The position numbers and the translations under genes were made by a program. This document shows positions 21,090 to 31,001 of a stretch of DNA of 59,435 bases, one piece after another. Source of the DNA: a bacterium (GTDB taxonomy: Bacteria > Patescibacteriota > Minisyncoccia > UBA6257 > HR35). Where the stretch lies: contig JBEQAR010000005.1 of the NCBI GenBank assembly GCA_041640295.1, positions 1 to 59,435 of the forward strand, in the 5' to 3' direction. Under the pieces are notes generated by a model. That model worked only from the letters and a program-made list of their open reading frames with translations, had not been told where the DNA came from and did no database searches. Each line of letters opens with the position of its first letter. The stretch's first letter is position 1.

Positions 21090-22604
21090 TTAATTTAAAC
21101 TAATTGTAGTTTTGTAAATATTATTACCTTCTTGAACGAAATAAATTAAATATTTATTATCTTCAGAAAAAGATGGTTTATTTAAAATTTCTCCTTTATA
21201 AGATAGTTTAATTTTCTTTTTTGTAGTTTTTTCAAATATTACTATTGATTGTTGTACAATAAAATCATTTAAGGTTTCATTTAATTTACTTTCATCTACA
21301 ACATAGATAATATATTTTCCATTAGGAGCAAATGTTAGAAATAAAATACCAGTAATATCCATATATATACTACAACAATTGCTTTTATATTCTCCTATTA
21401 TTTCATTATTTAAGGTTATTATACTTTTTTCTCCTTCATAAGACAAAGGGTTATCTGCGTTATCTATATCAGTAAAAGATGATTGTCTGAAGATCTTAAC
21501 AAAGTCAAAATCATTAGTAATAGGAGAAAAATTTAAATAATCTATATAACCGGGATTACCATAATAATAGTAACTTTTCACCTCTTTATTATTAACCACA
21601 AGCATAATTTTATTTCCATCTATTGCTACATAAGCTAATTTTTTACTGTCGGGAGAAAATTTTATTTCACTAACCCAATCATATCTTTTACCCTCCCGAT
21701 TATTAAAAACAACAAATTTTTTTGAACAACTTAAATATTTATCGCAATTTTCACCAGCAATATAAGCGATATTTTGATTATTGGGAGAAAAATAAATTTC
21801 CTCAATTTTTTGATAGTTTTTACCCCTTTTACCATCTACAACAATAAACCAATTATCTCCTTCTCTTGCTACATAAGCCAATTTTGTACCATCTGAAGAA
21901 AACTTTAGTTCACTAATTTCATCATATTTTTGACTTTCTTTATCATTTAAAACAACAAACCATTTATCTCCTTCTCTTGTTGTATATACTAACTGCTTAC
22001 TATCTGGGGAAAATGTCAATTGACTAATCCAATCATATCTTTTACCTTCCTGATTATTTAAAACAACAAAATATTTTTTTGTTTTTGTTTCATAAACACT
22101 ATAGGCGATATGTTTACTATTAGGAGAAAATACAAAGTCTAAAATATCATCGTAAGCTTCAAATTTTAGATTATCCCAAATGATAAAATATTTATCTTTA
22201 CTTTCTGTTGAATATCTATAAGCAAAGCTTTTGCTATCAGGAGAAAATTGAAAATAAGGTGGGGGTTCGTATAGTATATATTCCCTTCCATCAAAAAGAC
22301 CAGAGAATGGATTTTTGTTATATTCTATATGATTTTTACCATCAACTACTAAGATAAATTTATTATCATTATTTCTTTTTAATAACATAGCCCACCTTTT
22401 TTTATCTGGAGATAACGCTAACCACACAATACGTTTGTATCCTTCGGGAATAGTATATACCAATTCTTTAATTGTTTTATAATTACGCTGAGCAAAAGAA
22501 AAATTTTTATGGAATATATTTAATAAATTTAATGAGATAAAAATTATAATGGTTGCTATTATAAGAAAAAATCTTCTTAATATTATTTTTTATTTTTTAT
22601 TCAT
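21090..22604 (-). pseudogene. Secreted beta-propeller repeat protein 3 with in-frame TAA at codon 5
   Basis: ATG 22604 reads MNKK*KIILRRFFLIIATII...SFAQ in frame with ORF 21090-22463; TAA at 22590-22592; same repeat family. Confidence 0.7.
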
Positions 22605-22767
22605 TGCTTTTTCATAGTTTTTATCAGTTTTCTTTTAGTTGTAAAATTAATTATATTGCATAATTAAAAGATTATAAAGAGCGATAAACATTATATTAAT
22701 TATTACAATTACAAAATTGGTAAAAATTTTAATTAAAGATTAAAATTATTAATGAAATTACTTCCCT

Positions 22768-22838
22768 GCCCCTGTAGTTTAACGGAAAAACACAGCCCTG
22801 CGGAGGCTGAGATCCAGGTTCGATTCCTGGCAGGGGTA
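22768..22838 (+). tRNA. tRNA-Arg(GCG), no encoded CCA
   Basis: GCCCCTG/CAGGGGT acceptor, CAGCC-CT-GCG-GA-GGCTG anticodon arm, GGTTCGATTCC. Confidence 0.92.
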
Positions 22839-22933
22839 ATCTTTTCTGTATTAAGATTTTATTTTAAAGTTGTTTCCCCAAAATAAATTTAGCTCTACAA
22901 CTTCTCAAAAGAAACTTTATTTGGAAGTTTAAT

Positions 22934-23815
22934 TTATTTAGCTAAAGGATTTTTTAATCCTCTGGTTTCAAAATGTAAATGACAGCCTGTAGCTCCTAAA
23001 GTAAAACCAGTATTTCCAACTGTAGCAATTAATTCGCCCTTATTGACATAATCGCCTACGTTAACATAAATATTGCCTAAATGACCATATAAAGTTTCAA
23101 AACGATCGTGTTGAACTAATACATAATTACCATAACCACCATTATAACCTCCTTGTTTTGCCTCTACTACTATACCATCAGCAGCAGCATAAACGGGTGT
23201 ACCACAAGGTCCCGAAATATCTACTCCATTATTGCTATGAATTTTCTTTTGATTTAGTCCATCGGTAGGAATTAAAATTTCACCTGCCTCTGTTAAAGCA
23301 TTAACATAAGAAGCTTGGGTTCTTTTTTGTGAATAAGTTGCTGGTGGAGTATTGACATTAGCTATTTTACCTGTTATTTTTACTGATCCAGGAATTAAAA
23401 TTTTCCTTCCAGCGATGATCTTATCGTTTTTTAAATCATTAATTTCTTTTAATTCTTGAAGGCTTACCCCAAATCTTTTGGCAATTTTTTCTAAGCTATC
23501 TCCCTTTTTAATAGTATATTTAAAAGTACTATTTTTGTTTAAAACTGTATTATAAACAATACTCCTTTCAATTTTTCTTTTCATTTCCTTTTCTATCTCT
23601 CCGTTAGTTAAATAATAGTTTATAGAATAAGCATCTTCTATACCTATATTAATATCCCCCGAATTATTTAAAGCTATTGTTTTGCTATTAAGTTTATTAG
23701 TATGATTAATAAAAAAGTTATTAGAATCAGAAAAATAACTAAAATAAACATTCTCCTCGGTTGAGGAGTTGGGTTTAATTAAAAAGTAACTCGAAAAAAT
23801 CAAGATGAAAAGCAA
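22934..23815 (-). CDS. LysM + M23 peptidase (peptidoglycan endopeptidase)
   Basis: YTIKKGDSLEKIAKRFGV (LysM); HSNNGVDI, YGHL, HLHFE (M23); the true start may be TTG 23850 across an A6 slip. Confidence 0.9.
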   Translation of the reverse strand: MLFILIFSSYFLIKPNSSTEENVYFSYFSDSNNFFINHTNKLNSKTIALNNSGDINIGIEDAYSINYYLTNGEIEKEMKRKIERSIVYNTVLNKNSTFKYTIKKGDSLEKIAKRFGVSLQELKEINDLKNDKIIAGRKILIPGSVKITGKIANVNTPPATYSQKRTQASYVNALTEAGEILIPTDGLNQKKIHSNNGVDISGPCGTPVYAAADGIVVEAKQGGYNGGYGNYVLVQHDRFETLYGHLGNIYVNVGDYVNKGELIATVGNTGFTLGATGCHLHFETRGLKNPLAK

Positions 23816-23902
23816 TAAATAGCTTAACTTACTAATTTTTTCTTATTCAACTTTTAATTGCGACAGATTGTCTTAAAATTTATTATAACATAAAAACAAA
23901 AA

Positions 23903-24682
23903 ATGAAACTTAAACCTAAAAAAAGTTTAAGCCAAAATTTTTTAAAAAATAAAGAAATTTTAAATATTTTAGCTAATTCTTTACCAGATATCCACAATGA
24001 AGTTGTTGTTGAAATTGGAGGTGGTTTGGGAAACTTAACTCAATTTTTAGTTTTAGCCAAACAATTAATAGTTTATGAAATTGATAATGTTTTGTCAAAA
24101 AAACTAAAAGATAAATTTAAAGATTATCAAAATATCAAAATAATTAATTCAGATTTTTTAAAAGCAAACTTAAAAAAATTTAACCATAAGTATTATCTAA
24201 TAGGTAATATTCCTTATTTTATTACTGGTAAGATTTTAAGAAAAATTTTTAATATTAATAATTATCCTAAAATAGCTGTTATTACTTTTCAAAAAGAATA
24301 TGCTCAAAAAATTTTAGGTAAAGATGGTAATAATTTTCTTTATTCCTGGATTAAAACCTTTTCTTCAGTTAAAAAGATTGTCGAAATTAAGAAAAACAAC
24401 TTCTTCCCTGCCCCCAAGGTTGATTCGTTGGCTTTAAAATTTGAATTTTACTCCCAACCATTAATAAAAGAATTAAAAAAATTTGAAAATTTTTTAAAAA
24501 CACTTTTTAAATTTAACAAAAGGACCATTCTAAATAATTTAAAATTAAAATATAGTAATAAAATAATAAATAAGCTTGAATCAAACTTGTTAGCAAAAAG
24601 GCCCCATCAATTAACATTTGATGAGACATTAGAATTATTTAATATATTAAAAAACAATGAAAAAAATAATAAAAAAGTTTAA
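23903..24682 (+). CDS. rsmA: 16S rRNA dimethyladenosine transferase
   Basis: KKSLSQNFL, VEIGGGLG, GNIPYFIT, FFPAPKVDS. Confidence 0.93.
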   Translation: MKLKPKKSLSQNFLKNKEILNILANSLPDIHNEVVVEIGGGLGNLTQFLVLAKQLIVYEIDNVLSKKLKDKFKDYQNIKIINSDFLKANLKKFNHKYYLIGNIPYFITGKILRKIFNINNYPKIAVITFQKEYAQKILGKDGNNFLYSWIKTFSSVKKIVEIKKNNFFPAPKVDSLALKFEFYSQPLIKELKKFENFLKTLFKFNKRTILNNLKLKYSNKIINKLESNLLAKRPHQLTFDETLELFNILKNNEKNNKKV

Positions 24683-25466
24683 TGAAGAAGAAATTTTTGA
24701 TGAAGAAAAATTTTGTAAGAATTTAAGCAATATCGGTATTGATCAATCAACTTCAAATAAGATTTGTCGAAAAATTTATGATAAATTACCTTCTGTTGTA
24801 AAAAGTGAAGATGTTTTTAAAATCACCCTGAATGAATTAAGAAAAATTAATTCTTATTATGCCCTGCGTTACAATTTAAAAAGAGCTATTTTTAATTTAG
24901 GACCTACTGGTTATCCATTCGAACAATACTTTGCCAAAATTTTAGCTGAGTATGGTTATGAGACAATTATCAATGAATTTATTGAAGGTCAGTGTTTAAA
25001 TTATGAAATCGATATTGTTGCTGTTAAAGAAGATAAACATTATATAATTGAATGTAAATTTCATCACAGCTTTGAAATTCCATCAGATTTAAAAAATGTT
25101 CTTTATGTTTATGGTCGTTGGGTTGATATTAAAGAAAAATATCCCTATGTTATTCCTTGGTTAGCGACTAATACTAAATTATCTTCTGAAGCTATCGATT
25201 TTGCTAATTGTCGTAATATTAAATTAACCGCTTGGAAATATCCGCCAGGAGAATCTTTAGAAAAATTAATTGAAAATAAAAATTTATATCCAGTAACTAT
25301 TATTTTAAATGCTAATAAGTATATTATTCAAAAGTTTATTGATAATCACTATGTGTTAACTAATGATTTATTGCGAGATGATATTGATAATATTGTTAAA
25401 AAAACGGGAATTGATAAGAAAAAAATTAAAAAAATAATAGAAGAGATTAAAGTTTTAGGTATTTAG
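24657..25466 (+). CDS. ATP-cone-like domain + Mrr-like PD-(D/E)XK endonuclease
   Basis: FDEEKF N-terminus, LGPTGYPFE, EIDIVA...IECKFH, TNTKLS. Confidence 0.7.
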   Translation: MKKIIKKFNEEEIFDEEKFCKNLSNIGIDQSTSNKICRKIYDKLPSVVKSEDVFKITLNELRKINSYYALRYNLKRAIFNLGPTGYPFEQYFAKILAEYGYETIINEFIEGQCLNYEIDIVAVKEDKHYIIECKFHHSFEIPSDLKNVLYVYGRWVDIKEKYPYVIPWLATNTKLSSEAIDFANCRNIKLTAWKYPPGESLEKLIENKNLYPVTIILNANKYIIQKFIDNHYVLTNDLLRDDIDNIVKKTGIDKKKIKKIIEEIKVLGI

Positions 25467-25474
25467 AATAAAAA

Positions 25475-26821
25475 TTAATTTTGTGGTTCTTCTAATATTC
25501 TTTGATATCTTTCTCTTATCCGATTATTAAATACTTGATAATATTTATAAAGTATTCTTTCCCTATAAGAAAAATTTATTCCAATAGAGTGTTCTGTATA
25601 ATCTTTAATTAAATCATTTAATAAGTTAAACTCCGATGAATTTTCTAAACCAATATTAAACTTTCTTAGAAACCTTTTATCTTCTGGTAGTTTAAAATAA
25701 ATGCGAGTGATGATTTCTTTAAGGACATTCACATAAAAAGGAAATCCTTTGATTTCTGATAAGTAAATTGTAAACTCTTTTCTACTTGCCGCTTCTGGTC
25801 TATTAGGATCAAGTATTTTTCTTAAGTCATCTTGCTTGATTTGAAAAATTAATTCCATAATTCTATTATCAGTAAATAAATAATATAATTTATTAGCTAA
25901 ATAAAAAATAATACCCCTGAATTCATGTAACTTGTCCGGGACAATTTTTAAATTTTCAATAATTTTTTTTAATTTACTTAAAAAATATTCTATATCATCT
26001 TGATACTGTTGGTAATTTTCACTTCTTCTGAATTCATCCTTTAAATCATTAATATAGTTTTCAGATAATTGAATATAAAATTCTAATTTATTTTGTCTAT
26101 TCTCTTTAGAAACTAAAAATTGATTAAAGATTATTTCTTCTTCTTCAATATCTTCATCTTTTAATTGTTCTTCTAAATTGTTAGCTATAGGAGATAGAAA
26201 TTCTCTTAATTGAATTTGGTGATCTAAAAAATAAAAATTCAAATATTGTTCAATAATTTCTTCTCGATTATTAATTCCAATATTTTGTTTTTCCGCGATA
26301 TTATTAATAACTTCTAAAAAAGTATTCTTAAAAATTTCTTTATAAAATTCAATTATATTATTTATCCATTTCGTTTTATAAGTTTTGGTAGCTCTAACCT
26401 CCAACTCTCTTAAAAAAATTAAAAACCACAAATATTTTCTTTTCCCTTTAAAAAAAAATTTAGTTAACTCTTGGTTAATATTTTCTATTAATTGGTAAAT
26501 ACCTAAAATTATTCCATTTTCAGCTTGTGATAATCTTGAATCTGATGTTAACCTTTCCATTTCATCCCCGTAAAGAATAAAATGTCTCTCTTCTATAGTT
26601 GGTAATATTCTTAAAGTTGTTTTTGAGTTTTTTTCTATTATTTTTAAGATATCAACGAATAAATCATCAAACCATTCAGCTAATTCAGATAATTTCTTTT
26701 TTGGAAAATAAGAGTAAATTCTATTTAAGAGATTATTAATATTTTCAGCAATAAAATGAGCTTTTTCTGGATTTTTTTCTCGACTGAAATAATACTTTAT
26801 TTTTTTAAGTGGATTTTCCAT
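25475..26821 (-). CDS. Hypothetical helical protein (448 aa)
   Basis: Long ORF; start moved to ATG 26821 because the extension overlaps tRNA-Pro. Confidence 0.7.
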   Translation of the reverse strand: MENPLKKIKYYFSREKNPEKAHFIAENINNLLNRIYSYFPKKKLSELAEWFDDLFVDILKIIEKNSKTTLRILPTIEERHFILYGDEMERLTSDSRLSQAENGIILGIYQLIENINQELTKFFFKGKRKYLWFLIFLRELEVRATKTYKTKWINNIIEFYKEIFKNTFLEVINNIAEKQNIGINNREEIIEQYLNFYFLDHQIQLREFLSPIANNLEEQLKDEDIEEEEIIFNQFLVSKENRQNKLEFYIQLSENYINDLKDEFRRSENYQQYQDDIEYFLSKLKKIIENLKIVPDKLHEFRGIIFYLANKLYYLFTDNRIMELIFQIKQDDLRKILDPNRPEAASRKEFTIYLSEIKGFPFYVNVLKEIITRIYFKLPEDKRFLRKFNIGLENSSEFNLLNDLIKDYTEHSIGINFSYRERILYKYYQVFNNRIRERYQRILEEPQN

Positions 26822-26822
26822 T

Positions 26823-26893
26823 TCGGGGTGCCGGGAATTGAACCCGGCCCACACCCACCCCAAGGGTGCGTACTACCGCTATACTACACCCCG
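26823..26893 (-). tRNA. tRNA-Pro(GGG)
   Basis: CGGGGTG/CACCCCG acceptor, CACCC-TT-GGG-GT-GGGTG anticodon arm, GGTTCAATTCC. Confidence 0.95.
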
Positions 26894-26916
26894 TTATTTT
26901 TATAAAATTAAAATTT

Positions 26917-26989
26917 TGCCCCCAGGAGGAGTCGAACCTCCAACCTTCTGGTTAAGAGCCAGCTGCTCTGCCAATTGAGCTATGGGGGC
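26917..26989 (-). tRNA. tRNA-Lys(CTT)
   Basis: GCCCCCA/TGGGGGC acceptor, CTGG-CT-CTT-AA-CCAG, GGTTCGACTCC. Confidence 0.95.
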
Positions 26990-27005
26990 TATTATTTTTA
27001 AAACT

Positions 27006-27090
27006 TGCCCGGGGTGGGAGTCGAACCCACACGGCCTTGAGGGCCATATGATTTTGAGTCATACGCGTCTGCCAATTCCGCCACCCGGGC
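27006..27090 (-). tRNA. tRNA-Leu(CAA)
   Basis: GCCCGGG/CCCGGGC acceptor, TATGA-CT-CAA-AA-TCATA, long variable arm. Confidence 0.95.
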
Positions 27091-27203
27091 ATAAATATAA
27101 TTATATTATATATCCTTTTTTATTTAAATTTTTAATAATAATCAAATCATAGATTAATAAATTAATAAGACAATTTAATAAGATTTTTAATAAAGGTTTT
27201 TGT

Positions 27204-28199
27204 CTAAAAATATTTTTCGAAAAAGTAGGTGAGGTAATATTTAAGATTAAAAATATAATCTAATGTTGGTAAGAAATTAATTTCTTTGCCACCAAAACCT
27301 TTTTTGAATTGTGTTAGCCCATACCAAGGATGTTCTGGACCCTGATTAGTTATTCCCCAAAAATTATAATATCGGCAATTCATTTCTTTAGCATCTAAAA
27401 TTATTTGCCAGTGAAGTTTATAATTTAAAGGTTCTTTGATTTTGATTGAAGCTCCATGATGATAGTAAGCACAATTGTGATCAAAAATTATTAAAGCTGC
27501 TGAATAATATTTATTCTCTATTTTACCCAAATACCACCAAGCTTTATTTTCTTGAGAAAAAACTTCAAATTCTTTTTTTATTAATTCATAACTATAAGGA
27601 TTAAACTTTTTTTCTTTAGCTAATTGAAGGTAAAGATTCCAAAATATATCAATCAGCTCAATACTATTTGATTTTTCTATTATTAAATACGGTTTTTGGA
27701 GCGAAGTTAAAATCTGCTTACGATGATGTTCGGTCATTTCACTTAACAATTCCTCATCTGATTTATTTATTTCTTTTAACCAAAAATTTTCACTAACAAA
27801 CCACCTAGGAGCTAATTTAAACCCTGAATTTAATAACTCTTTTAAGGTTTTTTGATTGTACTCGATCAAAAAATTAGCTCTTAAGAAATTATATTTTTTA
27901 TTTAATTTCCATTCTTTTATTTTTTCTATTATTATCCTAATAATTTCAGTTAAATTTTTTTGGTAGTCATTTTTAATAATTGGTCCATGGGCGATAGTTA
28001 AAAAATTACCTCTTTTTGCTTGATGACCAACAATTTGAACTACACCAATTAAATTTTTATCATAAATTCCCCAACGGATAACTTCTTTATTTAGTCCTCT
28101 TTCTACTTCCCCCCACTCATAATTTTGTAAAAAAGAAATTGGCTTTTCTTGATTAATAAAACTTTTATATTCTTCTTCCGAAATATTTCTAATTTCCAT
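27204..28199 (-). CDS. FemAB/FemX family aminoacyl-tRNA-dependent transferase
   Basis: SFLQNYEWG, YYHHGAS, YNFWGI, GLTQFKKGFGG. Confidence 0.88.
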   Translation of the reverse strand: MEIRNISEEEYKSFINQEKPISFLQNYEWGEVERGLNKEVIRWGIYDKNLIGVVQIVGHQAKRGNFLTIAHGPIIKNDYQKNLTEIIRIIIEKIKEWKLNKKYNFLRANFLIEYNQKTLKELLNSGFKLAPRWFVSENFWLKEINKSDEELLSEMTEHHRKQILTSLQKPYLIIEKSNSIELIDIFWNLYLQLAKEKKFNPYSYELIKKEFEVFSQENKAWWYLGKIENKYYSAALIIFDHNCAYYHHGASIKIKEPLNYKLHWQIILDAKEMNCRYYNFWGITNQGPEHPWYGLTQFKKGFGGKEINFLPTLDYIFNLKYYLTYFFEKYF

Positions 28200-29436
28200 C
28201 TTTATATTTTTTTATTAATTCAGTTATTAAATAAGCATCATCAGGAGTTGTTAGAATATTGGTCGGTAAATTAAAAATTGATAAAGATAAATTTTCAGCA
28301 TTAGGACACATTCCATAATAATAACCAAATCTATCTAATCTTTTCTTTAGAGGAGCTAGTGGTGAATCATACCAATTACCTAAATAAATGTTATACTTCT
28401 TTAATCTTTCAATCAATAGATGTGGTTTAAGGGTAGTAAGCGGAAATCTTAAATAATAAAATTCAGCATTAGTAACTAATTCACTATAAGGAATTAAACC
28501 TTCTTTGATATATATTTTAGTAATTTTTTCGCGATGTTCACTAAATTTGAAAATTTTTCTTAATTGTAAAATAGCAAGATGAGCAAAAGCATTTGGCATT
28601 TTTTTTATCGTGTATGATTCAGTAATACCACGCCTTTCTTTTTTTGAAATATCTAATACACCTAAATTAAGTTTTCTGATAACATACATTAAATATTTAC
28701 CGTAAGAAGAAAAATTATTTCTCAATTTAATCATTGCTAAAGCATAAGATAAGGTTCTAAAAATAAAATTTTTGTTAGGGTAATTTAAAAGATTATAAAA
28801 TTTTTTAAATTCCTCAGCTAAGTCTTTATCATTAATGATTAATACTCCTCCGAAAATTGATGAGATGACTTTTGATCTTCCCAAACTAACTAAAGCTACT
28901 TGTCCATTGTTGCCTAAATATATATTATTAATTTTTCCACCGAAACTATGAGCTAAATTTTCTATAATAAAAATATTTTTTTCTTTTAAAATATCAATTA
29001 TTTGATTTAAATTGTTAGGCACACCAAATGTATTTTGCAAAATAATTATTGACAAATCTGGATGATTTTTAAGTATTTCTTCTAATTCCTTTTTAGTAAA
29101 ATTTAAACAGCCCTTTCCAATATCAATATAAACAGGAGTTCCTCCAGCATTAATAATTGCTTTAGGAACAACAAAACAAGTAAAAGCCTGGATGCCAACT
29201 TTCTTTTGATTGGTTTTTCTTAAATAAAATTTCAAAAAATATTCTAAAGCCCCCCTTTCGGTTGTAAAAAGAAATATTTCACCTTTAGGAAAAAATTTTT
29301 TTAATTCGTAATTAAGAAATTCTAATTCCCTGCCCTTTTGCCAACTATTTCTATCTTTTAAAATTTTTTTTATTAACAAATAATCATCATTTTCAAAATT
29401 TGGAAAAAAATCAGGTGAGATTAATTTTTTATTCAT
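28189..29436 (-). CDS. DegT/DnrJ/EryC1/StrS PLP-dependent sugar aminotransferase
   Basis: AFTCFVVP, IENLAHSFG, SLGRSK (PLP Lys), CPNAE, NLPT. Confidence 0.85.
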   Translation of the reverse strand: MNKKLISPDFFPNFENDDYLLIKKILKDRNSWQKGRELEFLNYELKKFFPKGEIFLFTTERGALEYFLKFYLRKTNQKKVGIQAFTCFVVPKAIINAGGTPVYIDIGKGCLNFTKKELEEILKNHPDLSIIILQNTFGVPNNLNQIIDILKEKNIFIIENLAHSFGGKINNIYLGNNGQVALVSLGRSKVISSIFGGVLIINDKDLAEEFKKFYNLLNYPNKNFIFRTLSYALAMIKLRNNFSSYGKYLMYVIRKLNLGVLDISKKERRGITESYTIKKMPNAFAHLAILQLRKIFKFSEHREKITKIYIKEGLIPYSELVTNAEFYYLRFPLTTLKPHLLIERLKKYNIYLGNWYDSPLAPLKKRLDRFGYYYGMCPNAENLSLSIFNLPTNILTTPDDAYLITELIKKYKDGN

Positions 29437-30995
29437 AGTTTTTTAATTTCATTTAGTAATCTTTCGGGAATTCTGCCTAAAATTAATATTCCTAAATTCT
29501 CCAATTCAAAATTAGTTAATAATTCTAATAATTTTTGTCCTTGATAGAGAACAATTTTTTCTTTTAATTCATTGATAAATATATCGGTATAATCTTTAAA
29601 AGTTAAAATAACTAAATCAAAGTTTTTGAAATAATCTATCAATTCTTTATAAATATCTTCAGTTTCAATACCCAGCTCTATAATGCCAGCGAAAATTAAA
29701 ATTTTTTTACCAGAAAAAATTTTATTAAAAAATTCTATTTCTTTTTTAACACCAACAATATTGGCATTATAGGAATCATTGATGATTAATGGATTTTCTT
29801 TTTTAACTAACTCAAATTGGTTTGGTAAAAGTTTAAAATTAAGTAAGTTTTCTTTTATTTGATCAGGTTTGATACCCAAAAGATAGCATAAGGCTAAAGC
29901 TCCGATTAAATTTTCTAAAAATTGACTACCTACAAGATTAGTTTTTAATCTTATTTCTCCATCAGGATAGACAAAAGTAAATTCTGTACCATCTAAGGTG
30001 AAAATTTCATCTTTACAATAAAAATGACCCAAATGATGACCATAGAGATATTTTTTAACTATTGGTAAGTCATCAAAGATTTTTCTAACGAAAGGATCAT
30101 TACCATTTAAAAAGGCTAAACCATCAGGAATTGTTTTTTTGAATATTTCTAATTTACCTTTAATAATATTTTCAAATGATCCAAAAGTTGCTATATGTTG
30201 TGGAGCAAGTCCGGTAAGAAAAGTACATTTAGGATGAAAGATATCTACCATTTGTTCAATTTCACCAATTTGTCTTGCTCCTAATTCTAAAATAATAATT
30301 TCATAGTTTTCTAAATTGTTTTCTAAAATAAATTTTGCTAAACCTATTTCAGCATTCAACCTTAAGGGTGATTTTAAAATTTTAAATTTCGATTGTAATA
30401 GATGAGAAATTATTTCTTTAGTAGAAGTTTTACCATAGCTCCCTGTTAAACCAATCACCATTCTTTTTTTGTCTTTATTCAGCCACGAAATTATTTTATT
30501 TTTCGCTTTTTTAAATAAAAAGTAACTATAAATTTTTGTTAAAATATTGGCGAGATAAACAGAAAAAATAGTAATAGAAAATTGAATAGCGGTTGTAGCT
30601 AATAAAATTATTATTGCTAAATCATTATTAGTTAAATTTAAGAGCCGAGCGTTGATTAATATTATTAAAGAAAAAATAAAAATTCCCTTAAGGTTCCATT
30701 TGATATTTTTTATCTGTTCTTTTCTTAAATAAACCAGCACTAATAAGATGACTAATAAAAAAACTAAACTATTGTTAGTTATTGAAATTTTGCTGAATAA
30801 AATACTAAAAATTAAAACTATTAGCCAAAGTAAAATTAGTAATAATTCTCGTTTTCTAAAAAAAATCACATAACTTGATGGATAATCAAAATGGGCCCAC
30901 AAAGATGGGAAAAAATAATCTTTAAGCTGGACTAATCTTAAAATACCGATTCCTGAAAACAAAAATATTATCAAAGATAACAAAAAACTTATCAT
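29433..30995 (-). CDS. murF: MurF-like Mur ligase with N-terminal membrane helices
   Basis: GLTGSYGKTSTKE, LELGA, INDSYNAN, GIIELG. Confidence 0.8.
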   Translation of the reverse strand: MISFLLSLIIFLFSGIGILRLVQLKDYFFPSLWAHFDYPSSYVIFFRKRELLLILLWLIVLIFSILFSKISITNNSLVFLLVILLVLVYLRKEQIKNIKWNLKGIFIFSLIILINARLLNLTNNDLAIIILLATTAIQFSITIFSVYLANILTKIYSYFLFKKAKNKIISWLNKDKKRMVIGLTGSYGKTSTKEIISHLLQSKFKILKSPLRLNAEIGLAKFILENNLENYEIIILELGARQIGEIEQMVDIFHPKCTFLTGLAPQHIATFGSFENIIKGKLEIFKKTIPDGLAFLNGNDPFVRKIFDDLPIVKKYLYGHHLGHFYCKDEIFTLDGTEFTFVYPDGEIRLKTNLVGSQFLENLIGALALCYLLGIKPDQIKENLLNFKLLPNQFELVKKENPLIINDSYNANIVGVKKEIEFFNKIFSGKKILIFAGIIELGIETEDIYKELIDYFKNFDLVILTFKDYTDIFINELKEKIVLYQGQKLLELLTNFELENLGILILGRIPERLLNEIKKL

Positions 30996-31001
30996 AGTTA
31001 T

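Noticed and set aside
16549-22604. Diversity-generating retroelement or CRISPR explanation for the propeller repeats
   Set aside because: Repeats are degenerate in-frame coding units; no reverse transcriptase, adenine-only template repeat, spacers or cas genes seen
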